DNA of 64,000 bases from Catajapyx aquilonaris (taxonomy: Eukaryota): the NCBI GenBank assembly GCA_000934665.2, contig JYFJ02001495.1, positions 1 through 64,000 of the forward strand, written 5' to 3'. Below are positions 12,520-24,506 of the stretch, piece after piece. The first letter of the stretch is position 1; each line of letters opens with the position of its first letter. A program made the position numbers and the translations under genes. The notes under the pieces are model-generated. The model was not told where the DNA came from. It searched no databases and saw only the letters and a program-made list of their open reading frames with translations.

Positions 12520-13851
12520 ATGAGAGGTGTGATTATTGTGAAGCCAGCTTGGCAGGACCAAGATAAGTCTCTGAAGTGGGCATTTCAGCCAATCTCAGTG
12601 TGTTCGTCCATATGTGGGATGTTGCCCTTCCCTTTCCGACGATCGAAAGAGTGTCGTCGATGGTGGCCTGCTATTGTCAACGGTACAGTCCTCATCGCAT
12701 GTTACACACAAATGTTCTTTTCTCCTGCCCAATTTTGGGAGGACATCTTAACAACTGGTACGACTGGCATGTGCAGTGTTGTCATTCTGTATAGCGCAGA
12801 ACTCATCCTGCCATTACTCACTTTTCTCATGATACAACATAAGGGAAACAAAATACATAGGTTAGTGGAACGACTTGGCTCCATCCATATAGACCTAGGA
12901 ATGGATGTGAACACAATACATCGAAGACACTCGTACCTGCTGGTGATCACTGCTCTGTTCCTCACCTCTGCAACACTACTCTCATGGATAGCGTTCATAG
13001 ATAACTCTGAGTATTACGTGTGGCTTGGGAAGGTCTTGATGGTATGGCTGGCCACACAGGGAGTGTTCATCCTGAATGTGCCTGTGATGCACAGTAAGTT
13101 TCTGGCCATTGTTATCAGAAGATGTTTCAGTGAGGTCAACATGATTGTAAACGAAACAACCCGGAACTTGAATACCAATTGTGGAGTTGTGTCCAAAAGA
13201 GACATGTCTGTTGCATGTAAAGTGTTTATGGATCTGTACGATATCACGGTGGATGTTGGGAAGGTGTATGGAGGGATACTGGCAGTCAGATACGTGGCGT
13301 TTCTCATGGACATCATTTCCACGTTGTACTACGTGATATTCGTATTGCAGGATATGGTGGTGTTCGATATGACGACCAATGCTATTTACATTTTGTGTAA
13401 CTTGGCCGTGACATTTTTTCTGACGATAATTCTGGGACAGGTGTCGACAGAGGTTTGTCATACTTCAGGTTTGCGTTTCACTGCATCTTACTAATATTTT
13501 GTTTCTGTTTAGGCGACCGAGAGTATAAGTGATCTTGGGCGCATCAGGACTTACTCCAATGATCGTAACCAAGTGAAATATGTAAGACCCACAACTTCCA
13601 TTATTAGGTCACATCCTTTCATAATTGTCAATTATTTACAGGCAGAGGCTATGCTTCACCTGGTGCGTGGTCTTCCAATCCAAATCACTGCTTCTCATTT
13701 CTTCTCAATCAACTCTGGACTTGTTACTTCGGTGAGACCCTTTGTTGACCCTTTGTTATTACTGACTGATTTTCACTTGTAATTGCAGATCCTGGCTACT
13801 CTAACCACTTACTTCATTATTTTGGCTCAGTTCAGAGGAATCGAAGGATAG
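12520..13851 (+). CDS. Divergent gustatory receptor GR-5; exons 12520-13452, 13513-13581, 13642-13731, 13789-13851
   Basis: LKWAF...WWPA...YGGILAVRY motifs shared with the cluster; 69- and 90-nt internal exons; ILATLTTYFIILAQFRGIEG*. Confidence 0.9.
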
Positions 13852-14627
13852 TCCGAAAATCAGTGACTCAGCAGTTTATATAAGAAGATTCGAAGCTTAT
13901 CTCAGTGTTGTATTGTACAAAGTCATTAAGTCACAAAGTCATTAGTCACAAAGTCATTCAGTCAATGTAAGTAAAAAGTCATCAAAATCATTTGGCACTA
14001 TCACGAGTGCTGGGTAAAGCTTGTTTTGTATTGGAATAATGGTTTACACATTAATATGGCATGAGCCAGGGGAGCTAATGAAAAAACTGTCACACCTTTT
14101 CCCCGAAAGAGCTTGTGATTCATATTTCATGAAACAGGATTCGGTGTTATGTATGCAAGCAATGACAGTTAAATCAATCGGGTTGATTGATAAGCATGTC
14201 GTGAACGCATCACGTTGATTGGGATGAAAGAGGATATTGCAACATATGCTATGTGAAGTCAGACATAACTTATATTAAGTGGAACATCGATACAGTATTT
14301 TAGGCTTTCATAATAATATACGTTTGATCCCATGGTGTTGTATTGTTGTCATATCCATAGCTGTTGTTGTAATATTGTAAAAATTTAATTACTAGGCATA
14401 GTAAGCATAAAATAATTATTTCTTGACTAATATATTTTTCATGTACCCTCACACTCATAAAATAAGTGCGTCTATCATTTTGAATGTAAGTAAGCGAGAT
14501 TGCTCCATCTTCGAATTGATCAATGCTTCACGTCATGTCAGAAGCACATTTTATTGGCATTTATTCCGATATTATCCACTAGGAGCGACACTCAAGGTGA
14601 AAACAATTTCAAGGAACCGTTTTAGTC

Positions 14628-16089
14628 ATGGAAGATATGGTGGTTAGCATTCCTCGTAAAGTGAATTCACAAGATAAGGGTTGTCTGAAATGGGCGTTTT
14701 ATCCAGTCGCCTTGATGTCAGTGGTCGGAGGGATGTTGCCCATCACTTTCATCCGACAAACAACGAAACAAATGCGGTATTGTCGAAGGTGGCCTGCTCT
14801 TGTCAACTGCCTTCTACTTGTTGCCAGTTACGCCTATTGCTTTGTTACACCTCCGGAATCGTGGCGTTTTCTCAAAACGGCTAGCCCTACATCGGTGTTC
14901 CACGGCGCAATATTACTTTCAGCAGAATTAGTCATGCCTCTGATTATTTTCGTGATTGTCCAGACAAAGGACAGGGATATATGCCTTCTTATAGATCGAA
15001 TAAGTTCGGTACAAATGGATTTATCTTATTCATCGCCCAAAATGAACCTCAAACTGCGAAGGTGCTCGTACCTCATGGCGATTTCTGTGGTCGCCCTTTT
15101 TGGTTCAACGACATTATCATGGACTGCTTCATACTTCAGACCTCCTCGTGACACGACTACACACGAAGACATGTTGTTGTTTACGCTGGTTACACATAGC
15201 TGCTACCTTATGAAAGTGCCAGTGATGCAAGCAATATTTTTTGCACTGGCCATCAAGAATTGCTTGAAGAAAGTGAATGCGATCAGTCATTCATCAGCAC
15301 AAGTTTCTCTGCAGACGCGTCCAGCCTGGGTCATAGGTCACATGGATCAGTCTGGATCCAGGAAGGGTCTAGAGGTGGCCTGCAGGAATTTCGTCAAGCT
15401 GTACAACGTGACTGAGCTCACTGGCAAGACATTCGGCGGAATACTTACAGTCCAATATGCTGCTTTTCTATTAGATACAATTTCATTGTTATTCTATATG
15501 GTGTATAAAGCAAAAGCCATGGATTTTGTCGATATGGTATCAAATGCTACATACATCTTGTTTAACATAGCTCTCGTCTTCTTCCTCACTGTTCTTCTGG
15601 GTAAAATACCCATAGAGGTAAGTGAAGCATGTATTCAAAATAATGCAAAAAAAAAAATCACTCCCCCCTGCATTTTATAAAAGACTAATTCATTCCATTT
15701 TTTAAAAAAAACATCATGTCAAAGGCCACTGCTAGTGTGAGTGACCTGATGAGCATCTGCATTCACTCAGACGATCAAAAGGACGTAGCTTATGTAAGTG
15801 GAGTAAGTTCAAGTGTCTCACATGGTAGCCTTATGTGCTTCTTCCTTCCTCAGGCCAAACATATGCTTCGTCTGATGCTGGGTCCTCCAATCCAAATCAC
15901 TGCTTCTCACTTCTTCTCCATCAAGCATGGTCTGGTCACATCTGTGAGTCAATAATGATATGTTGCAACCATCCCGATTTCTAACACACGATTTCCTGAT
16001 TGCAGCTCCTGGGCACCATATGCACTTACTTCATTATTCTGGCTCAGTTCAAGGGAGCTGAACACACAAATAATAATAATAATCCGTAG
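14628..16089 (+). CDS. Gustatory receptor GR-6; exons 14628-15617, 15725-15793, 15854-15943, 16006-16089
   Basis: Intact ORF, conserved exon sizes and TYFIILAQF motif. Confidence 0.9.
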
Positions 16090-16354
16090 AGGAACTTGAC
16101 CTTGGCACAACAATACCTGTGTACTCGTTATTGCCATTAAAACAAATTATCTGTCGTTATTGATTTATTTAGTTATACAGCAGGATCCAAACGCGGTCAG
16201 GTGATGCTTGATCACTTCCGTCGTCATCTTGTGGTGAACGGAAGACCACGTTAGGCTCTACCTTAGGCCCCACATTCGCTGTAAGATAGAAGGACGGTAT
16301 GCCGGTATAGCTACATTTCCGTGAAGTGTACAACAATGTTCGTCCATTGTCCAC

Positions 16355-17886
16355 TTACGCACTTATTTGGATGCTGCAAGCGTTGAAATCCGTCCTGGTC
16401 AGGTCGTTCCTTCCACCCCACAGCTTGACCAGTACATCCGGATTGAACATGTGCACGGTGACAAACTTGCTGGCGTCGCACTGGTCACCTGGTTCGAATC
16501 CATCGTTGTTGTCCAGAGTGAGGTGGAGCCTCTCGACCGCCACCATTCCAGGCAGGTAGATGTCGTCTACGTGGATGTACGGGGTGTCCAGTGCCTCCCA
16601 GTAGAGTATGGGCACCAGAGAGCCGGTGAAAAGGTACCCTGCTCCTCCTCCGAATCGGTCAGGGTACATGCTCCTGAGGGACACGACCTCTGGGATGTAC
16701 CACTGTGAAGTGTTGTCGAAGCTGTCGGTGTAGTACTTCTGCTTTCGAAATATACATCCCAGGAGAAGGTACTTCCTGTTGGCCGGAGATGCCTTTCGGT
16801 ACGTCCATTCCACGTCCGGGAGTTGGTGAATGTTGCTCTGTTCGACATGACATGTTAATTCAAATTTATTGGGATGAACTATGGTGCTGACCTCATTGTC
16901 GTAATGTCGCAGCAGGTTCAGGAGGTTTGTAGGGTGGACGAAGTTGTCGTCGTCGATTTTGAAGATGTATTTGGCCTGGGGACACCGTTGCATGGTCCAC
17001 TTCAGGATGAAGACTGTCTTCAGGGTCATGTTGAAGTATGAGTCGCAAAAGTCCTGCTGCAGGATGTCACCGTTAACAGCAGCTTCTTCGACTATCCTGG
17101 ACTATACAGATTGACATTACTGTAGTATTACGAAACTGTAGGTGACAATGACAACATTCCACTACAAGTTCTAAACTGTACTCAAGTGTTCACTAGATTT
17201 TCTCTCAGCAAATAGTGCGACTCACACCACTGTTACAATAAATGATGACTTACGTTCACAGCGTCATCATGAGTCCGTCCCATAATGAAGAACAATCGGA
17301 TGTCCGGTCGCATCATCTGCAAGTCCCGTCCCCAGGTGACACGAATGGCTTCTCTGTACTTGAACTGGAAGGCTGCAGAGTGTACAGCCAGAAGGAGGTA
17401 CACTGAATCATTGCTGCACAAGTCAGACGGCTCTATCAGAGTCGTGTCTTCCTCCGGACGGATGAGAGGCCACAGGCTCCTGAAATGTCATTGCTGTGAG
17501 CTGGGGTTATTGTTTTTTGAATAACTGACAAGTGAATAATGCAGTGCACCTTGAGTCTAGTAGTTTGTAGTCTATTGCTATTGTTGATTTGTTAGATTGG
17601 CGACATCTGGGCAGAATCTTCGGTTGGACAGTGGTCTTTGTCACTACGGATATTGCCGTAGTGACAAAATCAACAATGATCATGAATATTGGGCATTACA
17701 TTACAATATTATAGTATGTTCTAGTTGGTCTTAACAGTGAGACATACCAGATGATGTTGATTCATTCACTCTTCTCTGTTGGTTGTCTGGATATTTGTTC
17801 CAAGTGACACACATCAGCAAACCTGCCACATACCCTGCGACCATCGCGACAACCAGTGACAGATGCTTGGGTGTGGCATAGTTCAT
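16355..17886 (-). CDS. Beta-1,3-galactosyltransferase family (GT31) type II membrane protein; exons 17748-17886, 17550-17643, 17254-17479, 16355-17101
   Basis: N-terminal signal anchor MNYATPKHLSLVVAMVAGYVAGLLMCVTW. GT31 motifs REAIRVTWG, GDILQQDFCDSYFNMTLKT, KIDDD, GGGAGY and DDIYLPG. Splice phases (1,2,0) join in frame. Confidence 0.85.
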
Positions 17887-18507
17887 TTTGGAACCTGAAC
17901 TCGACCTTTGACCTGACGAGACGAGCTGGAACCTCTGCAGGAACTCTGAACAGAAGCGTTCCTCTTATGAGAGAAATAGGGTACTGCCCGACACATTTAT
18001 CTTCAATCGCTATGTAATGGTTGGATTTAAAACTCAAGATGATGCAATCCAGCTTGAAGTGAAGAAACACCCTAGGAATGCAGACCACCAACACGCCGAT
18101 ATGAGGAGGAATTTCCAAACTGTAGGGAAAGGGGAATGACCATGTGACGGACGGAACAATAGGCCCATTAAGAATGTTAGTGATTGTTTACAATTCCTTC
18201 GAGGCTAGTCACACTTGACATGACAGTCAAATCAATAGACCTTATTGATTCCTTTAATGTCACCCTTTTGCACTTTTTTACTGTACACAAAAGTGCGGTA
18301 GAATATACTTTGGTATATACAGCATCTAAGGTCGATGGCATTAGAATAAGTTATTTAACAGCGACCTAGTTATGCCAGAGGCAAGACACGTTATCATGTC
18401 ACCAATGAAGCTTGTCTGCAAGACAATATTAATAGCTGGTATAACCTGCGTATTTTGTCACGCTTTTGGGATGAACACACCAGTCGCATCTTGCATACGT
18501 GGCCATC

Positions 18508-19905
18508 ATGCTGGAAGAAGTGGTGCTTAAATCCCCTAGAACCATTGTTGTAACGAAATATCACCAGTCCCTGAAATGGGCGTTTCAACCCCTGGCTGTC
18601 TCGTCTGTGGTTGGAGGAATGTTGCCTGTCACTTTTGTTAGACAGACAACAAAGCGAGTGAGACACTGTCGACGATGGCCTGCTGTGGTCGTCGCTTCTG
18701 TGCTCGTGGCCTGTTACACCTTCTGCTTCATCACACCTCCAGAGTCATGGAGGAACCTGGCCCTCATGACATCCACAAGACTCACCACCTATGTCTTCCT
18801 GTACTCGGCTGAACTCTTGCTCCCCCTTGTCACCTTTGTAATGTTTCAGCTGAAGGAAAAGGATGTCCAAACACTGTTGGATCGAATCAGTTCAGTACAA
18901 GTGGACTTGTTGCACTCGTCAACAACAATGAACAAGAAGCTTCGTAGGTGCTCCCTCATCCTGGTGATCAGTGCTGTGGTCCTGAGCTGTTCCACACTGT
19001 TGGCATGGGTTGGTGCTTACTTCGGTGACTCCCACAACCATGGCCTCACACACGAAGACATGGTCTTCTTCACCTTGCTGACACTCAGCACTTTCATTCA
19101 GAACCTGCCTGTCATGCAAGCCACTTTCTTCTCCATCGCCGTCAAAGACTGCTTCAGACACGTGAATATGATCGTCCACTGTGCCACGCAAACCGATGTG
19201 AAGACTCGTCCTGCCTGGGTCACAGGTCATCCGTCTCAATCCATGAAGGGTCTGGACGTGGCCTGCAGGAATTTCGTCGAACTGTACGACGTCACAGAGC
19301 TGGTTGGCAAGACATACGGAGGAATACTCGCAGTCAGATACGCAGGGTTCCTCCTGGACACAATATCATACATGTATTATTTGGCATTTTCAGTAGAAGT
19401 AATTGAATTGTTGGATTTAGTGCCAAATGTCATTTACATTGTTGGCAACGTCGCTTACGTATTCGGTGTTACAATTCTTCTGGGTCAAATAGAAACAGAG
19501 GTAAGTCAATTTGTTTTGTTATAGTTAGCAGTAGTGGGGTCACAAACTAAACCCGTTTTATTTCCAAAGGCTACTAGGAGTATGAGTGACCTAACGCGCA
19601 TCAGTATGTTCTCTTATAATAAGGAGAATGTAAGTTACAACAACAATAATTAACTAAACTCATAGCACAAGTTAGTACTCTTGTCCTTTCCCAGGTGAAA
19701 CCGATTCTTCGCCTGATGATGGGTGGACCCATTCAGGTCACAGCATCCCACTTTTTCTCCATCAAATGTGGGCTGGTTACATCCGTGAGTGAATGTGTCA
19801 CAGTGTTTCTATTAATATCTACGAATGAAATCCGTCTACTTGCAGCTCCTGGGCACCATTTGCACCTACTTCATTATACTGGCACAATTCAAGGGAAATG
19901 AATGA
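18508..19905 (+). CDS. Gustatory receptor GR-7; exons 18508-19500, 19570-19629, 19695-19784, 19846-19905
   Basis: Intact ORF with TYFIILAQF. Exon 2 is 60 nt rather than 69. Very similar to GR-9 on the opposite strand. Confidence 0.9.
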
Positions 19906-20340
19906 TACGAAAATTATGCAATTATTTCCCCGGAATTGCTTGGGATTGATATATCATGAGACAATATTCATGGTTATGAATGTATGCGATGACAGTCAAA
20001 TCAATCGGGTTGATTCATATGCACTTTTATTAGGCTCTAGATGGTTGCATGTGGGAGGAAAGAATGCAATCTCTTGCCTGCGTATGATCTACATTGTGTA
20101 GCTGTTATATTAATGAAATTAATGAATCATATCTTTGTTTATTAATTATTTGATGCAATGCCACAATATGGCTTACCCCTGGTGTTGGGTATTATGTAAT
20201 CGGCCCCAATTCCCATTTCGCATAAACCAACCACACATCAACAGTTAATGTGACATGTGGTCGTCATTCTAAACACGCACACAATATTCACGCTAAACTC
20301 TAGGGCATGAAATGCATGGCAGTTGGCATTTTGACTAAAC

Positions 20341-21887
20341 ATGGAAGAAGTGGTGGTTGAAACACCCGGGATCATTTCGTACTCTAAGCACCATCAAGAG
20401 TTGTTAAAATGGGCCTTTCATCCTGTTGCTCTGTTGTCTGTTGTTGGAGGTATGTTGCCAGTCAATTTCATCCGGAGGTCTACCAGACCTCTGAAGTACT
20501 ATCGACAGTGGCCTGCTCTGGTCAACGGATTTGTGATCATTGTTTGCTACACCATCTGCTTCATCACACCTCCAGAATTTTGGAAGTATCTGAAGGAAGC
20601 TTCACCTGCAAACAAGTGCAATGGAATTATTACACTTTTTGCTGAAATAGGACTCCCTCTACTTACATTCGCAATAATTCAGACAAAGGAAAAGGACATA
20701 CGAAGACTATTGGAGAGAATAGGTTCAGTGCAATATGATTTGTCAGATTCATCTACAGAAATGAACAAAAGACTTCGGAGGTACTCATACATAATGGGGA
20801 TCAGTGTCGTTTGCATCTCTCTCGTGACACTATTGGCTTGGGCAGGGGCACATTTTAAGATTTCTAGAGACAGACCCGAACATGAAGATATGATATTCTT
20901 CATGGTGTTAACACACAGCTGTTACATGTTGAATGTACCAGTGATGCAGGTAATGTTTCTCGCACTTGCTGTCATGAACTGCTTCAAAGAAGGGAATCGC
21001 ATTATTCATTCAGAAATAGCACAATCTGATCTGAAGAGGCGTGCTGCTTGGGTCGAAGGTCATATGGAAGTACAATCTGACCTGAAGAAGCGTCCTTCTT
21101 GGATGAGTAGTCACTCAGAGCCAACTCGATCAAGGAAGGGTCTGGAGGTGGTATGCAGGAATTTTATTGAACTCTACGATATCACAGAGCATATTGGAAA
21201 AGTGTATGGATCCATATTGGCTGTCAGATATGTACAGTTTCTCCTGGACACAATAGCCGCATTGTACTACATGGCGTTTGATTTAGACGCTGTCAATTTA
21301 ATCGACGTCATTCCGAATTCTGTTTTCATTATAGTGAACACTGCGACAGTCTTTTTTCTCACAGTCATTCTAGGCAAAATACAAATTGAGGTAAGTGTAA
21401 TACAACAAAAAGTGCTTGGTTTTTCTTTAATAGATAATTCCAACACATTTTCATGTGAAGTCCGACAAGAGTAGGGGTGACCTGATGCGCCTCAACATCC
21501 TCCCAGCCAACCTGAAGGACTTGGCATACGTAAGGATGTTTGGAATACATGTCGCCTGTACAATATTAGGAGAATGTAACTGCATTTTGCTCAGACCATC
21601 TATATTCCAGATTGATCCGATGCTTCGTCTGATGTTGGGTCCTCCAATCCAAGTCACTGCTTCCCGTTTCTTCGCTGTCAAGCATGAGCTGGTCACATCT
21701 GTGAGTGAATGTGCCCAATGAACTTTGTATGACCTACTCTCATTAATTTACTGACAACCGTTTTCTCTACCACCAGCTACTAGGCACCATATGCACGTAC
21801 TTCATTATTCTGGCGCAATTCAGGGGAGGGGAACATGATCCTCAAGTAACAACGACATCATCGCACAATCCCAACACACTCGACTGA
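20341..21887 (+). CDS. Gustatory receptor GR-8; exons 20341-21390, 21461-21529, 21611-21700, 21777-21887
   Basis: Intact ORF with TYFIILAQF and an internal 17-aa duplication. Closest to GR-11. Confidence 0.9.
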
Positions 21888-22388
21888 TGATGATTTGAAG
21901 CAGTGTGCATGCTTCCCCTGGCCAAAGCCATGGCTTTGGCCAGGGGAGAGTCAGTTTGTATCCAGAATCGAGTGAGTCAAGAGAGTCTGTACTATGGTGG
22001 TGACCTGGAAGGTACAATAAAGGTCCATGGAACCCAGGTGTTTTCTTGGTAGAGCTAGCACGGGGTTGGCCCCGGGGCGGACACGGGGTCATCAAAAATC
22101 CATAGGATTTGTATAATATCATAGAGTGTTGATAGTCAATAAAATGATAGCTCTGACATAAAAAAACTTTTATTCCAAGTTCCATACATGAATGACATTC
22201 CTGGAGGTACAAGTAGGAGAAATGATTGTCAGGAATTGTCACACCCATCCTGCCCATTCAATATTTCGTGGAATCCTGTTCTTCATGCCAGCCAAATCAA
22301 TTCAGAGTCTCCCAATTCCCAATGGTTTGCGTCAAATTGTCATGACATCCTATGGTAGTTTCCGAGACCAAGATCGTGCATCTTTCAT

Positions 22389-22500
22389 GAATTGGGATGC
22401 AGTGACTTGGATCAAAGGACCCAACATCAGACAAAACATCGGATTGATCTGGAAAAATTAACGTTAAGTTGAGTGAAATTCAGTACAGGTACTTGTCTGT
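22389..22500 (-). pseudogene. Orphan, truncated GR exon 3 with part of the preceding intron (GR-8/GR-11 type)
   Basis: Reverse strand TTTTTCCAG|ATC AAT CCG ATG TTT TGT CTG ATG TTG GGT CCT TTG ATC CAA GTC ACT GCA TCC CAA TTC (INPMFCLMLGPLIQVTASQF), after which homology stops. The adjacent intron resembles GR-11 intron 2. Confidence 0.8.
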
Positions 22501-22791
22501 CAGGATCTACACAAGCCCAATATAATGATTCTGGATGGTAATTAGGGTGCAAAATTATCCCTGGGGTTTTACGTATCAATTCAATAATTGTTCATTCATT
22601 CATTTCATTCAATCAATCATTGTTCCAATGTCTCTTCGAAGTGCCAACTGCAATAAATTCCGTCTGTTACTGTGTAGCTTGCGTGTTTCTCGGGATATTT
22701 TATGTGGGCTATGCATGCAAGCTCAATAGTCTCAGGCCATCTGTAATAAGCATCTTGTCGACCCTACCTTTATACAAAATCAGCCTTTTGA

Positions 22792-24226
22792 TTAATGATT
22801 AGATGGTCCTTCGCTTCCTCTGAATTGTGCCAGAATAATGAAGTAGGTGCAAATGGTGCCCAGGAGCTGCGAATATAAGTATTTTAATCATCGGTATTAT
22901 TTTTTTTAAATGTGCGTTCACTCACAGATGTAACAAGCCCCCATCTGATGGAAAAGAAATGGGATGCTGTGATCTGGATGGGTCCACCCATCATCAGGCG
23001 AAGAATCGGTTTCACCTAGGGAAGACCAGTCAGATAGTGACAAATCCTACACAATTTACAAGAGTGGTGATATCAGTTTCATCAATGTACTGGAGGTAAT
23101 CATACAACTTACATCTTCCTTGTTGGTAGAGTACATGCTGATTCGAGTAAGATCACTCATGCTCCCAGTGGCCTTAGGATAAAAAGCACATTAGTTGGTG
23201 ACACCAGTATTGATAATTAGTATCAACCTATACCTCTGTTTCTATTTGACCTAGAAGAGTGGTGACACTGAATACGTAAGCCACGTTGACCGCAATATAA
23301 ATAACATTTGGGACGAAGTCAAAAACCTCTATCGCTTCTACTGAAAATGCCAAATAATACATGTATGATATTGTGTCCAGGAGGAACCCTGCGTATCTGA
23401 CTGCGAGTATTCCTCCGTATGTCTTGCCAACCAGCTCTGTGACGTCGTACAGTTCGACGAAATTCCTGCAGGCCACGTCCAGACCCTTCCTGGATTGAGA
23501 CGGATGACCTGTGACCCAGGCAGGACGAGTCTTAACATCGGTTTGAGTGGCACAGTGGACGATCAGATTCACGTGTCTGAAGCAGTCCTTGACAGCGATG
23601 GAGAAGAAAGTGGCTTGCATGAGAGGCAGATTCAGAATGAAAGTGCTGAGTGTCAGCAAGGTGAAGAAGACCACGTCTTCGCGTCTGAGGCTGTGGTTGT
23701 GGGAGTCATCGAAGTAAGCACCTGCCCATGCCAACAGCGTGGAACAGCTCAGGATCACAGCACTGATCATAAGGATGAAGGAGCATCTACGAAGCTTTTT
23801 GTTCATTGTTGTTGACGAGTGCAACAAGTCCACTTGCACTGAACTGATTCGATCCAACAGTGTTTGGACATCCTTTTCCTTCAGCTGAAACATTACAAAG
23901 GTGACAAGGGGGAGCAAGAGTTCAGCCGAGTACATGAAGACATAGGTGGTGAGTCTTGTGGATGTCATGAGGACCAGGTTCCTCCATGACTCTGGAGGTG
24001 TGATGAAGCAGAAGGTGTAACAGGCCACGAGCACAGAAGCGACGACCACAGCAGGCCATCGTCGACAGTGTCTCACTTGCTTTGTTGTCTCTCTAACAAA
24101 AGTGACAGGCAACATTCCTCCAACCACAGACGAGACAGCCAGGGGTTGAAACGCCCATTTCAGGGACTGGTGATATTTCGTTACAACAATGGTTCTAGGG
24201 GATTCAAGCACCACTTCTTCCAGCAT
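22792..24226 (-). CDS. Gustatory receptor GR-9; exons 23234-24226, 23113-23172, 22926-23015, 22792-22866
   Basis: Intact ORF very similar to GR-7; 60-nt exon 2; LLGTICTYFIILAQFRGSEGPSNH*. Confidence 0.9.
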
Positions 24227-24506
24227 GATCCCCTCATCAATGCGGGTTCCGACTGTGAAATTGTTAATGTGTTTGTGTGGATATGCGTGTTACCAGCAGG
24301 CATGAAATAATGAGGGAATCAATCGGCATAATACATGTTGCGTCATGTGAAGCTGGATGACAGGCATCGATTGTCATTCCAAGAATTAATCACTAACGTT
24401 GGTTAATTAATGCCTATATAATTGCATTGGTCTCCTGTTCGATTATTACTCACTCTACAGTATTAATATAATGTTCCAGCTTTAAAACATGAACGTAGGG
24501 GATATT

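Noticed and set aside
13919..13966. CRISPR-like or functional repeat (AAAGTCATTAGTCAC units)
   Set aside because: Short tandem slippage repeat with no spacers, in a eukaryotic context.
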